A stretch of DNA of 60,885 bases. It comes from Opitutaceae bacterium. Lineage in GTDB: Bacteria > Verrucomicrobiota > Verrucomicrobiia > Opitutales > Opitutaceae. Below, piece by piece: positions 9,520-22,842 of the stretch; position 1 is the first letter of the stretch, and each line of letters starts with the position of its first letter. Where the stretch lies: assembly GCA_039936075.1 (NCBI GenBank), contig JBDTJA010000286.1, positions 1 to 60,885 of the forward strand. The letters run 5' to 3'. The translations under genes and the position numbers were made by a program. The notes under the pieces were generated by a model. The model searched no databases. It worked only from the letters and a program-made list of their open reading frames with translations, and had not been told where the DNA came from.

Positions 9520-10766
9520 GGAGTGGCGCGGTGGAGCAGAGTCTCCAGCTGATGGGTGAGCACGTCGTTCGTGCTGGCGGAATTTCCCGGCGCCCGCTGC
9601 ACCACCGGCAGATCCTTGCCGAGAATCACTGTCAGGGCGCTCGCCTCGACGTTGCGTTGGGTCTCACTCAAGTCGGGTTGCGCCACGGAGGGCAGGATTG
9701 GCAGACAGTCCCATTGCGCGGGTTTTCCCATGGCTTGTGACCAATTCAGGATCCAGCTATATGACCGGTAGAATTCCTGCGGACTGGGAGCGCTGGCCGC
9801 CACGGGCACGGCCAAGATCACCAAGTCGGGAGGGATGGTCGCGGGATGACTTTGGAATTTAAACCAACCGGTTTGCTTGGCTTCGGCCTCCAGTTCTTCG
9901 AGAGACTTGCCCGACGGGTCCCACGCGGTGACGCGGATCTCGGCCTTCGGGAAAAGGTGGCGCAAAGCGGGTCCGATGAGGACGTCGTAAGGCTTCATGG
10001 CCACCACCTGCAACGCCTCGCCGGCCTCCAGCCGCGCCAGAGTGTGCGGCAGACCGGGATGGAGGATCGGCAATTCGCCGAGAGCGACCGGACCGCCGAC
10101 CAACGTTTGCGCCGCGGTTTCCGCGAACAGAATGTGACCGTGAAGATTCGGATGAATTGTATTACTCATCAGGCGCCACCAGTCGGGACCTCCCCGGAGT
10201 TGCACGGCTCGAAAAGTTTGAAAGGCGTCGGCTACGGGCACCGCGAGTTCGCGACCGACCTCCCGCATGATTTCGGCGTAGGCGGCGACGCGATCGGGCG
10301 GCCGAAGCGGGTCGCCTTCATCAACGGCATTGGGGGTCATGAAGATCAGCTCGGCGCCGCGGGCGCGGATGCGGGAGGTGAATTCGCGGAGATTGGCCCG
10401 GTAAGTTTCGGGCGCGAGCTTCGCGGCATCGTTCATGCCGAACATCAGGACGACGAGATCCGGACGCGGGGCGAGAACGTCGGTTTCCAATCGGGGCAGG
10501 GCGTCCCCCGTGGTTTGGCCGCTGATTCCGGCGTTGAGCATTTCGATCCGAGCCGCGGGAAAGCGCCGCTGCAAGGCGAGGCCCAGCAAGTCGCACCATG
10601 CGCGACGATCGCCGGTGTGATAGTAAACGCCCGTGATACTGTCGCCGAAACAAACGATGCGAACGGTCTGGCCGGATTCCAACCGCCGGAGCGTGCGCGG
10701 AGCAGCCGGCGTGGCCAAGACATCCCCCGCCAGCATCATTAGAATCAGTAGGAAACGCCAGTGCAC
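9516..10766 (-). CDS. Secreted SGNH/GDSL-family hydrolase with an extra C-terminal domain
   Basis: GTG start with signal-peptide-like N-terminus (HWRFLLILMMLAGDVLA). SGNH blocks FGDSITG, GISGQTT, FGMNDA and IHPN, followed by ~200 aa of unassigned C-terminal sequence. Confidence 0.8.
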   Translation of the reverse strand: MHWRFLLILMMLAGDVLATPAAPRTLRRLESGQTVRIVCFGDSITGVYYHTGDRRAWCDLLGLALQRRFPAARIEMLNAGISGQTTGDALPRLETDVLAPRPDLVVLMFGMNDAAKLAPETYRANLREFTSRIRARGAELIFMTPNAVDEGDPLRPPDRVAAYAEIMREVGRELAVPVADAFQTFRAVQLRGGPDWWRLMSNTIHPNLHGHILFAETAAQTLVGGPVALGELPILHPGLPHTLARLEAGEALQVVAMKPYDVLIGPALRHLFPKAEIRVTAWDPSGKSLEELEAEAKQTGWFKFQSHPATIPPDLVILAVPVAASAPSPQEFYRSYSWILNWSQAMGKPAQWDCLPILPSVAQPDLSETQRNVEASALTVILGKDLPVVQRAPGNSASTNDVLTHQLETLLHRATP

Positions 10767-11262
10767 ACGGGGGATTTACTCCGGGGCAGCGGGATTTGCC
10801 AAGGAGGTTCGCCAGCGGCCCAAAGTTGAGCGCAACTTCCCTGCGAACGGTGAGCTGGCGGGATGAATCCTCGCCTGCCCGCATTGGGCAAAATTTTCCT
10901 CCCGGAGAAAACGCCCGGTGTGCTGGGCGCCTGATTGTTAAAACGAGCTCGGCCTGTCGGTGGAAGAGTGGGGTGGACCGGTTTTCAGCGGCGGGACGGC
11001 TACCCGGAACAGAAAGGCGGCACGGCTTGGTCGCGGTTCCCCTCTGAAGACAAATATTTTGGCCAGGGTAGGCTCGGCCACATGCTCAACGACCACGTGG
11101 TCAACCTGACACGGGTGTTGGTGCAGATAAAAAAAGCAGACGGTTAGCTTGATCCGGATCCGGCGAGAAAATTGATTGCGGCAAGTTCGGCAGGGTGCAC
11201 GACGCCGAGAACAACCGCATCAACTTGTGAGAGCCACCGATCGGGCGTGGCCCTTACCCGCT

Positions 11263-12414
11263 TCAATTCAGTCCGCGCAACCAGCAGCGGACCAGCCAAG
11301 GGTCGATCTTCGTGAAGAAGAACCACGCAAATTTTCCCCGGACACGCATGAGCCAGCCGCGGCTGGACTGCCAGGAGGCGTGGGTCATCTGCAGGGATCG
11401 CTGCACGTCAGCGGCGAAGAGCTCCCGCGCCTCCGCCGCGATCGATGGATTCGCGATACGCACCATCAGCTCGTAGTTGATGCCGAAGGAGCGAATGTCG
11501 AGGTTGGCGGAACCGACATAAACGGCGTCATCCACCACGGCCATTTTCGCGTGGAGGATCTGCGGCTGGTACTCGTAAATTTTCACCCCGGCGCGGAGCA
11601 ACCGGCCATAGAGCGAGCGAGCCGCCGTCTGGGCGATGGCTACGTCGGATTTTCCCGCGAGCAGAATCTCGACATTGCCGCCGCGACGCGCCACGCGCCG
11701 CAGTGCCCGGCGGAGGCGGTAATTGGGTACAAAATACCCGGAGACGAGCTGCACGTCTTTCGCATGTTTCAAGGCTTTAAGCAGACTCGTGGCAAAGGCA
11801 TCGCGCACGACGCGTGGACCACCGAGAAGGACGGGGCCGTGCGCGCCCACCCGCACGCGGCGATGCAGCGGCCCGCGGATGCGATGGAGGACCCGGTGGC
11901 CGAGATCGTACATGCGGAACATGGCGTCGAAAGCTGCCGTCAGCGGTTTGATGACGTCCTGACGACGAATTTCCCAGCCGAGGTCGCGCCAACCCTCGGT
12001 CACGCCATCTCCGCCGTATTCGTTTGCGACGTTGAAGCCGCCGATGAAGGCGACCTCGTCATCGATCAGCAGCTGCTTGCGGTGGTTCCGAAAGAGGAAG
12101 CCGCGCAACGAGAGCGGATTGAAAATGCGAACTTCGCCGCCGTGCTGTGTGAGTTCGGCCCAGTAATGCTTGGGGAGGGCACCTGAGCCCAAGCCATCGA
12201 GCAGGAGCTGCACGCGGACACCGCGCCGGGCCGCCGCGGACAAGGCGGTGGCAAATTTCTTGCCCACCTCATCGTCGTGGAAAATGTACATCTCAAACCG
12301 GATCGTTCGCTCAGCGGCTTTGATGGACGGGAGCATCCGCTCGTAAGCCGCGGCGCCGGTGGGCAGCCAGCGGATGTGGGTCGCACGCTCAGAAGCGGAA
12401 GAGGAATGGGCCAT
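11263..12414 (-). CDS. Phospholipase D / cardiolipin synthase family protein (ClsB-like, no TM segment)
   Basis: Two HKD motifs: HRKQLLIDDEVAFIGGFN and HAKMAVVDDAVYVGSANLD. Confidence 0.85.
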   Translation of the reverse strand: MAHSSSASERATHIRWLPTGAAAYERMLPSIKAAERTIRFEMYIFHDDEVGKKFATALSAAARRGVRVQLLLDGLGSGALPKHYWAELTQHGGEVRIFNPLSLRGFLFRNHRKQLLIDDEVAFIGGFNVANEYGGDGVTEGWRDLGWEIRRQDVIKPLTAAFDAMFRMYDLGHRVLHRIRGPLHRRVRVGAHGPVLLGGPRVVRDAFATSLLKALKHAKDVQLVSGYFVPNYRLRRALRRVARRGGNVEILLAGKSDVAIAQTAARSLYGRLLRAGVKIYEYQPQILHAKMAVVDDAVYVGSANLDIRSFGINYELMVRIANPSIAAEARELFAADVQRSLQMTHASWQSSRGWLMRVRGKFAWFFFTKIDPWLVRCWLRGLN

Positions 12415-12492
12415 GGAGAGGAGACTGACCAGGGGCGCGGAGGGAGTTTCTGCTAAAACCTCAGCGCTCGCGCGGAACCGAGAGGCCGGGAG

Positions 12493-13776
12493 TTACGTCA
12501 CGCGAATCACGGCATACGTCCGCTTTCCCTTGCGCAGGAGAACGTATTTGCCGAAGAGCAGGTCCGCGGTGGTGACGGTGCGTGCGAGGTCGGAGACGCG
12601 GGTGTTGTTCACGTTGATGCCGCCGCCCTCGAGATCCTTGCGGGCCTGGCCTTTGGATGGGCAGAGACCCGCGTGGACGAGCAGATCGGTCACGGCGATG
12701 CCGGGCGCGGCGAGGGATGGCGCGGAGAGTTCCTTGGTGGGGACCTCGCCCACCACGTCGTTGAACAGCGCCTCGGTGATCCCCTCGAGTGAACCGCCAA
12801 AGAGGATGTCGCTCGCCTTGATCGCCGCCGCGAGCGCGTCGGCGCCATGGACAAGGGTCGTGAGCTCCCGCGCGAGCGCTTTCTGCGCGGCGCGGGCGCC
12901 GGGGTTGGCCTTCAGCGCGGCTTCGAGCGAAGTGATTTCGTCGTGGGAAAGGAATGTCAGCACGCGAAGCAATTTACCCACATCGGCGTCCTCGGCCTGT
13001 ACGAAGAACTGATAGAAGCGATAGGGCGAGGTGCGCTTGGCATCGAGCCAGACGGCGCCGGAGGCGGATTTGCCGTACTTGGTGCCATCGGTCTTGGTGA
13101 GAAGCGGAAAAACCAGGCCCCATGCCGTGTGGCTGCCGCCGGACTTCTTGCGGATGAGATCGGTGCCGGCGGTGATGTTGCCCCATTGGTCGGTGGCACC
13201 GACCTGCAGCTCGCAATTCATCGCGGTGCGGAGGTGGAGAAAATCATTTGCCTGGAGCAGCATGTAGCTGAATTCCGTGTAGCTGATGCCACCTTCGCCC
13301 TCGAGGCGCGCGCGAACGCTGTCCTTGGCCATCATGACGTTGACCGAAAAGTATTTTCCGACGTCGCGGAGAAATTCGAGGAAGCTGAGCGGCGCGGTCC
13401 ACGTGGCGTTGTCCACCAACTGGGCCGGGTTGGCGGTCGCCGCGAAATCGAGGAACCGGGAGAGCTGCTCCCGGATGGCGGTGATGTTGTGGATGACCTG
13501 CTCGGGCGTCTGCAGGTTGCGCTCATCGGACTTTCCCGAGGGATCGCCCACCATCCCGGTGGCCCCCCCGGCAAGGGCGATGGGGTTATGTCCAGCGAGC
13601 TGGAACCGCCGGAGCGCAAACAGCGGCACGAGATTGCCGACGTGGAGCGAGTCCGCGGTGGGGTCGAAGCCACAATACAGCGTGAGAGGACCGGCGGCCA
13701 GGCGCTTGTTCAAAGCGTCGGCATCGGTGCAGTCGGCATAGAGGCCGCGCCATTGGAGGTCTTCGAGAATCGTCAT
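12493..13776 (-). CDS. tyrS: Tyrosine--tRNA ligase
   Basis: ORF 12493..13845, conserved start ATG 13776 (MTILEDLQWRGL). HIGH-type motif LHVGNL, KMSKS-type motif KYGKS, and a C-terminal S4-like domain. Confidence 0.95.
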   Translation of the reverse strand: MTILEDLQWRGLYADCTDADALNKRLAAGPLTLYCGFDPTADSLHVGNLVPLFALRRFQLAGHNPIALAGGATGMVGDPSGKSDERNLQTPEQVIHNITAIREQLSRFLDFAATANPAQLVDNATWTAPLSFLEFLRDVGKYFSVNVMMAKDSVRARLEGEGGISYTEFSYMLLQANDFLHLRTAMNCELQVGATDQWGNITAGTDLIRKKSGGSHTAWGLVFPLLTKTDGTKYGKSASGAVWLDAKRTSPYRFYQFFVQAEDADVGKLLRVLTFLSHDEITSLEAALKANPGARAAQKALARELTTLVHGADALAAAIKASDILFGGSLEGITEALFNDVVGEVPTKELSAPSLAAPGIAVTDLLVHAGLCPSKGQARKDLEGGGINVNNTRVSDLARTVTTADLLFGKYVLLRKGKRTYAVIRVT

Positions 13777-13983
13777 GGGGAACGGGCGAGTTAACGGGGC
13801 GGGGGAGGAGCGGCGCAAAACAAAACTTATGCCGGCGATGATCAAAACAGAATAACAGCTTCTGAGGCGTTTCTTTCTGGAAAAACGGTTTGCCGCCGCG
13901 GGGCGCCTGAGTCATTTGTGCTGTTCCGCCGCGTCGCCTCAGGCGCCGTGACTCTAACCGCAACTCATTCAATTCCCACGACC

Positions 13984-14457
13984 ATGCCGCTCGCCGTTGG
14001 CTCCAAAGCCCCCGATTTTACCCTGAAGACGAAGACCGCCGAGGGTCTCAAGGACATCAAGCTCAGCGACAACTTCGGCAAGAAGCAGACGCTGCTACTG
14101 TTTTACCCGCTGGCTTTCACGGGCACCTGCACGCAGGAGATGTGCGACACGACCGCCGGACTGGATCACTACGCCAAGCTCGGCGCCGAAGTTTACGGCA
14201 TCAGCGTCGACAGCCCGTTCGCGAATGACGCGTGGGCCAAGGAGCACAAGATCAGCATCACGCTGCTCTCCGACCTTAACAAGACCACGACCAAGGCCTA
14301 CGACGTCGTGTTTCCCAATTTGGCCGGCATCGGCGACACGTCCGCCCGCGCGGCATTCGTCATCGGCAAGGATGGAGTGATCAAATATTCCGAGGAAACC
14401 GCCACGCCGAAGGATCTGCCCAACTTCGAAGCGATCAAAGCCGTCCTGGCCAAGTAA
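13984..14457 (+). CDS. Peroxiredoxin (AhpC/TSA family)
   Basis: ATG 13984 ([14 protein letters not shown]). Peroxidatic Cys context [13 protein letters not shown]. About 157 aa. Confidence 0.85.
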   Translation: MPLAVGSKAPDFTLKTKTAEGLKDIKLSDNFGKKQTLLLFYPLAFTGTCTQEMCDTTAGLDHYAKLGAEVYGISVDSPFANDAWAKEHKISITLLSDLNKTTTKAYDVVFPNLAGIGDTSARAAFVIGKDGVIKYSEETATPKDLPNFEAIKAVLAK

Positions 14458-14555
14458 AGACGCCATCGCGAGGCCCGCCCCCCGGCCGAGGCGATCCAGC
14501 TGGATTGCTTCGCCGCTCCGCTCCTCGCCATGACAACCCATCAACCCCATCAATC

Positions 14556-17399
<2,844 letters not shown>

Positions 17400-17452
17400 A
17401 CCGGCCGACCTTGCCGCCGGGAAACCGGTGCGTACTGTTTGGGCCCATTCCC

Positions 17453-17962
17453 ATGTCTGAAGCTGGTAAACCTACATTTCTCGTCGACGCTTATTCCGAT
17501 CCCGTGGTGGTCCGCATTGATGGCCGCGCGTGTTTTCAAAATAGCGCCTGCCTGAAGGATTTCATCACCGAACTCGTACGGCAGGGAAAGAAGCGCTTCG
17601 TCCTCGATTTCACGCATTGCACGAGCATGGACAGCACCTTCCTGGGCGTGCTCGCCGGCGCCGCGCTGGAGCTGAGGAAGGCCGGCCCGGACACCAGCCT
17701 CGTTCTGGCCCGCGTCGGCCCGCGCAATCTCGAGTTGATCCGCAATCTCGGCCTGCACCGACTTTTGACGGTGGACTCTGGCGACTTCCCGATGAATTTC
17801 GACAAGTGCGACACCGCGTTGCACTGTCAGGACAATTCGGAGCTGGAAAGTGCGCGCTTGGTGTTGGAGGCCCACGAAAACCTGATTTCGGCCGACGAAA
17901 CCAACCGCGGCAAATTCCAGGACGTGCTCGCCTTCCTGAAAAACCGGGTCGAGCAGAAGTAG
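17453..17962 (+). CDS. STAS-domain protein (anti-sigma-factor antagonist-like)
   Basis: ATG 17453 (MSEAGKPTF). SpoIIAA-like core VLDFTHCTSMDSTFLGVL with the conserved Ser context, followed by a ~60-aa extra C-terminal tail. Confidence 0.8.
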   Translation: MSEAGKPTFLVDAYSDPVVVRIDGRACFQNSACLKDFITELVRQGKKRFVLDFTHCTSMDSTFLGVLAGAALELRKAGPDTSLVLARVGPRNLELIRNLGLHRLLTVDSGDFPMNFDKCDTALHCQDNSELESARLVLEAHENLISADETNRGKFQDVLAFLKNRVEQK

Positions 17963-17997
17963 TCCTGCAGGGCGGGGGTTGGTGAGCCCTGCTCTCG

Positions 17998-18064
17998 GGT
18001 GGGCCGTGCGCTCCGCGCGCGGAAAGATCCCCCCGACTGCCGCGCGCGGAGCGTACGGCCCACC
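17998..18064 (+). repeat. 25-bp-arm GC-rich inverted repeat (hairpin) between the STAS and PP2C genes
   Basis: Arm 17998-18022 (GGTGGGCCGTGCGCTCCGCGCGCGG) pairs with 18040-18064 (CCGCGCGCGGAGCGTACGGCCCACC). The only non-Watson-Crick position is G18008-T18054, which is a G-U pair on the plus-strand RNA. Loop is 17 nt. Confidence 0.85.
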
Positions 18065-18235
18065 TCGGACAGCGGAAATGCGGTCCCGCTCGACGAAGAT
18101 AACCGCATGGCGGGCAACGTGCTCCATCTAGTTCCCGGCCGCGAGTCAAGGAGCCGTCGGCGTCCAAAATGGCGGGAATAAGCACACTCCGCGATTGCCC
18201 GGGCGTGCGGGGACTGCCACATCTTTGCGCCTCCC

Positions 18236-19675
18236 ATGTTTCTGGTCCTGATTATTGGTCTTATCGTTGGTGTCGCGGCGATGTTCCTGCCGGTTTACCG
18301 GACGCGCCGTGCCCTCCACCGGCTAGAGGAGGAGAAGCAGCAGGTGACTCAGGAGCGCCAGCTGGTCGTCGATTTCATGCATCACATGGTCGAGGCGTTG
18401 GGCGAGGGCCTCACGCGCGAGGCGCTTCACCAGCGCATTGTCCATGCCGCCATCTTGTGCTCGGGTGCGTTGAGCGCGTGCCTGTTTGAGAAAACCGAGG
18501 ACGGGAACATGCGCAGCGCGGCGGTCGAGGGCCTGTTCCCCCCGCACAAGCCGCTGCCGCCCGCGGTCCGCGAAAAACTCGCCACCCGCGCCCGGTTTAT
18601 CGAGCAGGTGCTCAAGTCCGAGACGTTTCCGGCCACCGAGGGCGTGGTCGGTGCGGTGGTGCAGACCGGCCGGGGCCAGCTGATCGCGGATGCGGCCGCC
18701 GACCTGCGCGTCGTGATTCATGAGGACCCGGCGCTCCGGGTCCGCTCGCTAATCGCGGTGCCGCTGCAGTTCCGCGACCGATTCTTCGGCGTGTTGGCCG
18801 TCGCGAATTCGGCGGACGGCGAGCCGTTCACGCTGACCGATTTTTCCCTGATGCAGTCGCTCGCCGAGCAGGCGGCGCTGGCGCTGCACAATGCGGAGTT
18901 TCTCCACTTCCAGATCGAGAAACGCCAGCTCGACCTCGACCTGTCCCTCGCGAGCGGCATCCAGCAAATGCTGCTGCCCCAGGATCCGCCGAAAATGGCG
19001 GGCCTCGACATTGATGCGCGCTACACGCCGGCGCAGAAGGTCAGCGGGGATTTCTACGACCTCTTCGCACTGTCAGACACCAAGCTCGGCGTGGCGGTCG
19101 CTGACGTGTCAGGCAAGGGCATCCCGGCATCGCTGCTCATGGCGATGTGCCGCACCAATCTCCGCCAGATCGCACCGCGTCACGAATCTCCAGCAAAGAC
19201 GCTGGCCGAGGTGAACCTTGCTTTGGGCGGCGATCTGCGCGGCATGTTCATCACCATCCTTTATGCAGTGATCGACACGGCAAAAGGCGACGTGACGTTC
19301 GCCCGGGCGGGCCATGAATTGCCGCTCTTTTCCCGCCGCGACCGGGCGACGGGAGTGCCGATAGGCGAGTATGTCGGATCGGAAGGCATGCCGCTCGGCA
19401 TGGTCCCGGACGAGATTTTCTCCGCGGTCATTGAGGACAAGACGGAGCCGTTCAACCCCGGGGATGCCCTGGTGCTCTACACCGATGGCCTGACCGAGGC
19501 GCCTAACGAGGAGGACAAGGAATTCTCGGGCCCCCGCCTGGCCGATGCCGTTCACGCGTTGCACAACCGCAGCGCGCGCGAGCTCAATGACGGCATCCTG
19601 GAGACAGTGCATCGCTTTGCCGGCGTGGTCGCCCTGCGGGATGACCTCACGCTAGTGACGATCAAGCGGGTTTGA
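18236..19675 (+). CDS. Membrane-anchored GAF + PP2C/SpoIIE-family serine phosphatase (RsbU-like)
   Basis: N-terminal TM helix (MFLVLIIGLIVGVAAMFL), a GAF-like middle domain, then PP2C motifs SGDFYD, DVSGKG, YTDGLTEA and DDLTLV. Confidence 0.85.
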   Translation: MFLVLIIGLIVGVAAMFLPVYRTRRALHRLEEEKQQVTQERQLVVDFMHHMVEALGEGLTREALHQRIVHAAILCSGALSACLFEKTEDGNMRSAAVEGLFPPHKPLPPAVREKLATRARFIEQVLKSETFPATEGVVGAVVQTGRGQLIADAAADLRVVIHEDPALRVRSLIAVPLQFRDRFFGVLAVANSADGEPFTLTDFSLMQSLAEQAALALHNAEFLHFQIEKRQLDLDLSLASGIQQMLLPQDPPKMAGLDIDARYTPAQKVSGDFYDLFALSDTKLGVAVADVSGKGIPASLLMAMCRTNLRQIAPRHESPAKTLAEVNLALGGDLRGMFITILYAVIDTAKGDVTFARAGHELPLFSRRDRATGVPIGEYVGSEGMPLGMVPDEIFSAVIEDKTEPFNPGDALVLYTDGLTEAPNEEDKEFSGPRLADAVHALHNRSARELNDGILETVHRFAGVVALRDDLTLVTIKRV

Positions 19676-19905
19676 GAAGAATTGTCGCGCGGGGTTGCTC
19701 ACGCGTGATGACGAGCAACCAATCCAACCACGGATTCACGGTCGGACGCGGTTCAATCTCACGGTTGTCATAGAATCGTTCGTGTCTCGGGGCTAATTCA
19801 TGGCAAAGTGGGTCGCGGTGGGTTCTGCAACCCGGCCCGTCGTTTCGGATCGGATAAATCGGGGTATTGCCTCACGGGCCGGCGTTCGCTCAGTCTGACC
19901 GTCAC

Positions 19906-21135
<1,230 letters not shown>

Positions 21136-21301
21136 TCGCGTTTAATTCTGGCATCGGAAGCGCGGGGCCTAGCCCGAGCATTCGCGGGGGCCGTAAGCCG
21201 TTTCGCTCCGTGACCTCTGAGCCTTTTCCGCGATCGCTGCGTCCCCAAGATTGGGTTTCGGGATTCTTGCCACTTGTCCCTTGTTCCTTGTTACTTCTGC
21301 C

Positions 21302-22174
21302 ATGAAGAGCATGACCGGATATGGGCGGGGGGTGTCGACATTGGGCACAAGCACGCTCACGGTCCAAGTCAGCTCCGTGAACCGGAAGACCCTCGATCTG
21401 GCGATCAGGCTGCCCGAGGAATGGGAGAGTCTGGAAGCTGCGGTGGGGGAGCAGGTGCGCAAAGTGGCCTCGCGGGGCCGCGTCAACGTGGTGATTGAGC
21501 TGACGGGCGAGAACGGCGCCAGCGAGCTGGTGTGGGACGAAATCGAGATTGGCGAAGTGCTCGATAAGCTTTCGGATCTGGCAGATTCCCGCGGTGTCAG
21601 TTTTCAGCCATCGGCGGAACTGCTCTGGTCCATTGCTAACTCCCGCCGGAAGCCGGCGGAGATGGCGGTGGCTGACGAGGCTGCGCCGGTGGTGAAGGCG
21701 GCACTGGCCGATGCCTTGCGCGGCTTTGGCGCCATGCGGGCCATGGAAGGCGAGGCGCTGCTTATTGATTTTATCACCCGGCTCGCGCTGCTGCGAACGC
21801 AAGTGGAGGTGATCACGGCGCGGGCGCCGCAAGTCGCGAGCGCTTACCGTGAGCAGCTGCTGCTACGGTTGCGCCAGGCGGGGCTCGAGCTCGATGTGAA
21901 CGATGAGCGCGTGCTCAAGGAAATCGCGCTCTTTGCCGATCGATGCGATGTGACGGAGGAATTGACGCGGCTGAAAAGCCATTTCGAGCAGTTTAACACG
22001 TTGCTCAAATCCGACGCGGAGATCGGGCGTAAAGCGGAATTCATCCTTCAGGAAATCGGCCGCGAGGTGAATACGATCGGCAGCAAGGCGAATGACCTGA
22101 CCATCTCCCGCGCCGTGATCGAGCTGAAGAACGAGCTTGAGCGCGTCCGCGAACAGATGGCCAACGTGGAATAA
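21302..22174 (+). CDS. yicC: YicC-family protein (stress-induced; endoribonuclease family)
   Basis: ATG 21302 (MKSMTGYGRG). C-terminal DUF1732-type segment EIGREVNTIGSKAND ... REQMANVE. Confidence 0.85.
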   Translation: MKSMTGYGRGVSTLGTSTLTVQVSSVNRKTLDLAIRLPEEWESLEAAVGEQVRKVASRGRVNVVIELTGENGASELVWDEIEIGEVLDKLSDLADSRGVSFQPSAELLWSIANSRRKPAEMAVADEAAPVVKAALADALRGFGAMRAMEGEALLIDFITRLALLRTQVEVITARAPQVASAYREQLLLRLRQAGLELDVNDERVLKEIALFADRCDVTEELTRLKSHFEQFNTLLKSDAEIGRKAEFILQEIGREVNTIGSKANDLTISRAVIELKNELERVREQMANVE

Positions 22175-22288
22175 CGTCGGTGCGGTTATTCCACTTTCGC
22201 AGTGCGAAGAGGGCCGTTCGAATTGCCTCGGAGCCCGAGCACGCTTGACCGAACGGCGAACTGCGGCCGAAACGAACGCCGTTTCAGG

Positions 22289-22825
22289 TCAGTCCGGCTT
22301 GCGCAAGGAGTGGATCAGGTAGAGCAGCACGCCGACGCAAATTCCGGAGTCAGCGACGTTGAAGGTCGGAAAAACGTAGCTGCCGAAGTGCAGGTCAATG
22401 AAGTCCACCACGTGCCCATACATCAGGCGGTCGCTCAGATTGCCGACAATGCCGCCGCAGAGCAGGCCGAAGCAGACTTGGGCAGTGCGGTCCCGCAGGC
22501 CGAGAGCGTGCCGCCAGATGAAGATGGCCACGAGCGTGGCCGCAGCGAGGACCGCGAGCAGGACACTGCGGCCTGTTAACATGCTCCAGGCGGCGCCGGT
22601 GTTGCCGACGTGGACGAGGTAGAAAAATCCCGGTACGACGGGGATGGCGTCGGGTGGGCCGTAGGTGCCGAGTGGAAGATGCCGGACGATCAGAGCCTTG
22701 CTTGCCTGGTCAAACGCGATGACGGCGAGCAGCAGCGCCCACAGCAATTGATAGTCGAGCCAGCGGCGGTGCCGCGGGGCCGGCGGCATGACTGCAGGGT
22801 CTGGGTTAGGCTCGCCGGACGACAC
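22289..22825 (-). CDS. lspA: Lipoprotein signal peptidase (signal peptidase II)
   Basis: Four predicted TM segments. Family motifs GNTGAAWS, NLSDR and FNVADS. Lies downstream of ileS and the dksA-like gene. Confidence 0.9.
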   Translation of the reverse strand: MSSGEPNPDPAVMPPAPRHRRWLDYQLLWALLLAVIAFDQASKALIVRHLPLGTYGPPDAIPVVPGFFYLVHVGNTGAAWSMLTGRSVLLAVLAAATLVAIFIWRHALGLRDRTAQVCFGLLCGGIVGNLSDRLMYGHVVDFIDLHFGSYVFPTFNVADSGICVGVLLYLIHSLRKPD

Positions 22826-22842
22826 GATGGAGCTGGGGCGGC

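Noticed and set aside
19693-19720. 8-bp hairpin GGTTGCTC-N12-GAGCAACC after the PP2C gene, considered as a terminator.
   Set aside because: No U-tract follows it. The structure is real but its function cannot be supported.
19800-19898. 32-codon ORF (MAKWVAVGS...) just upstream of trpB, considered as a possible trp leader peptide.
   Set aside because: It has only one Trp codon and I found no alternative terminator/antiterminator hairpins.
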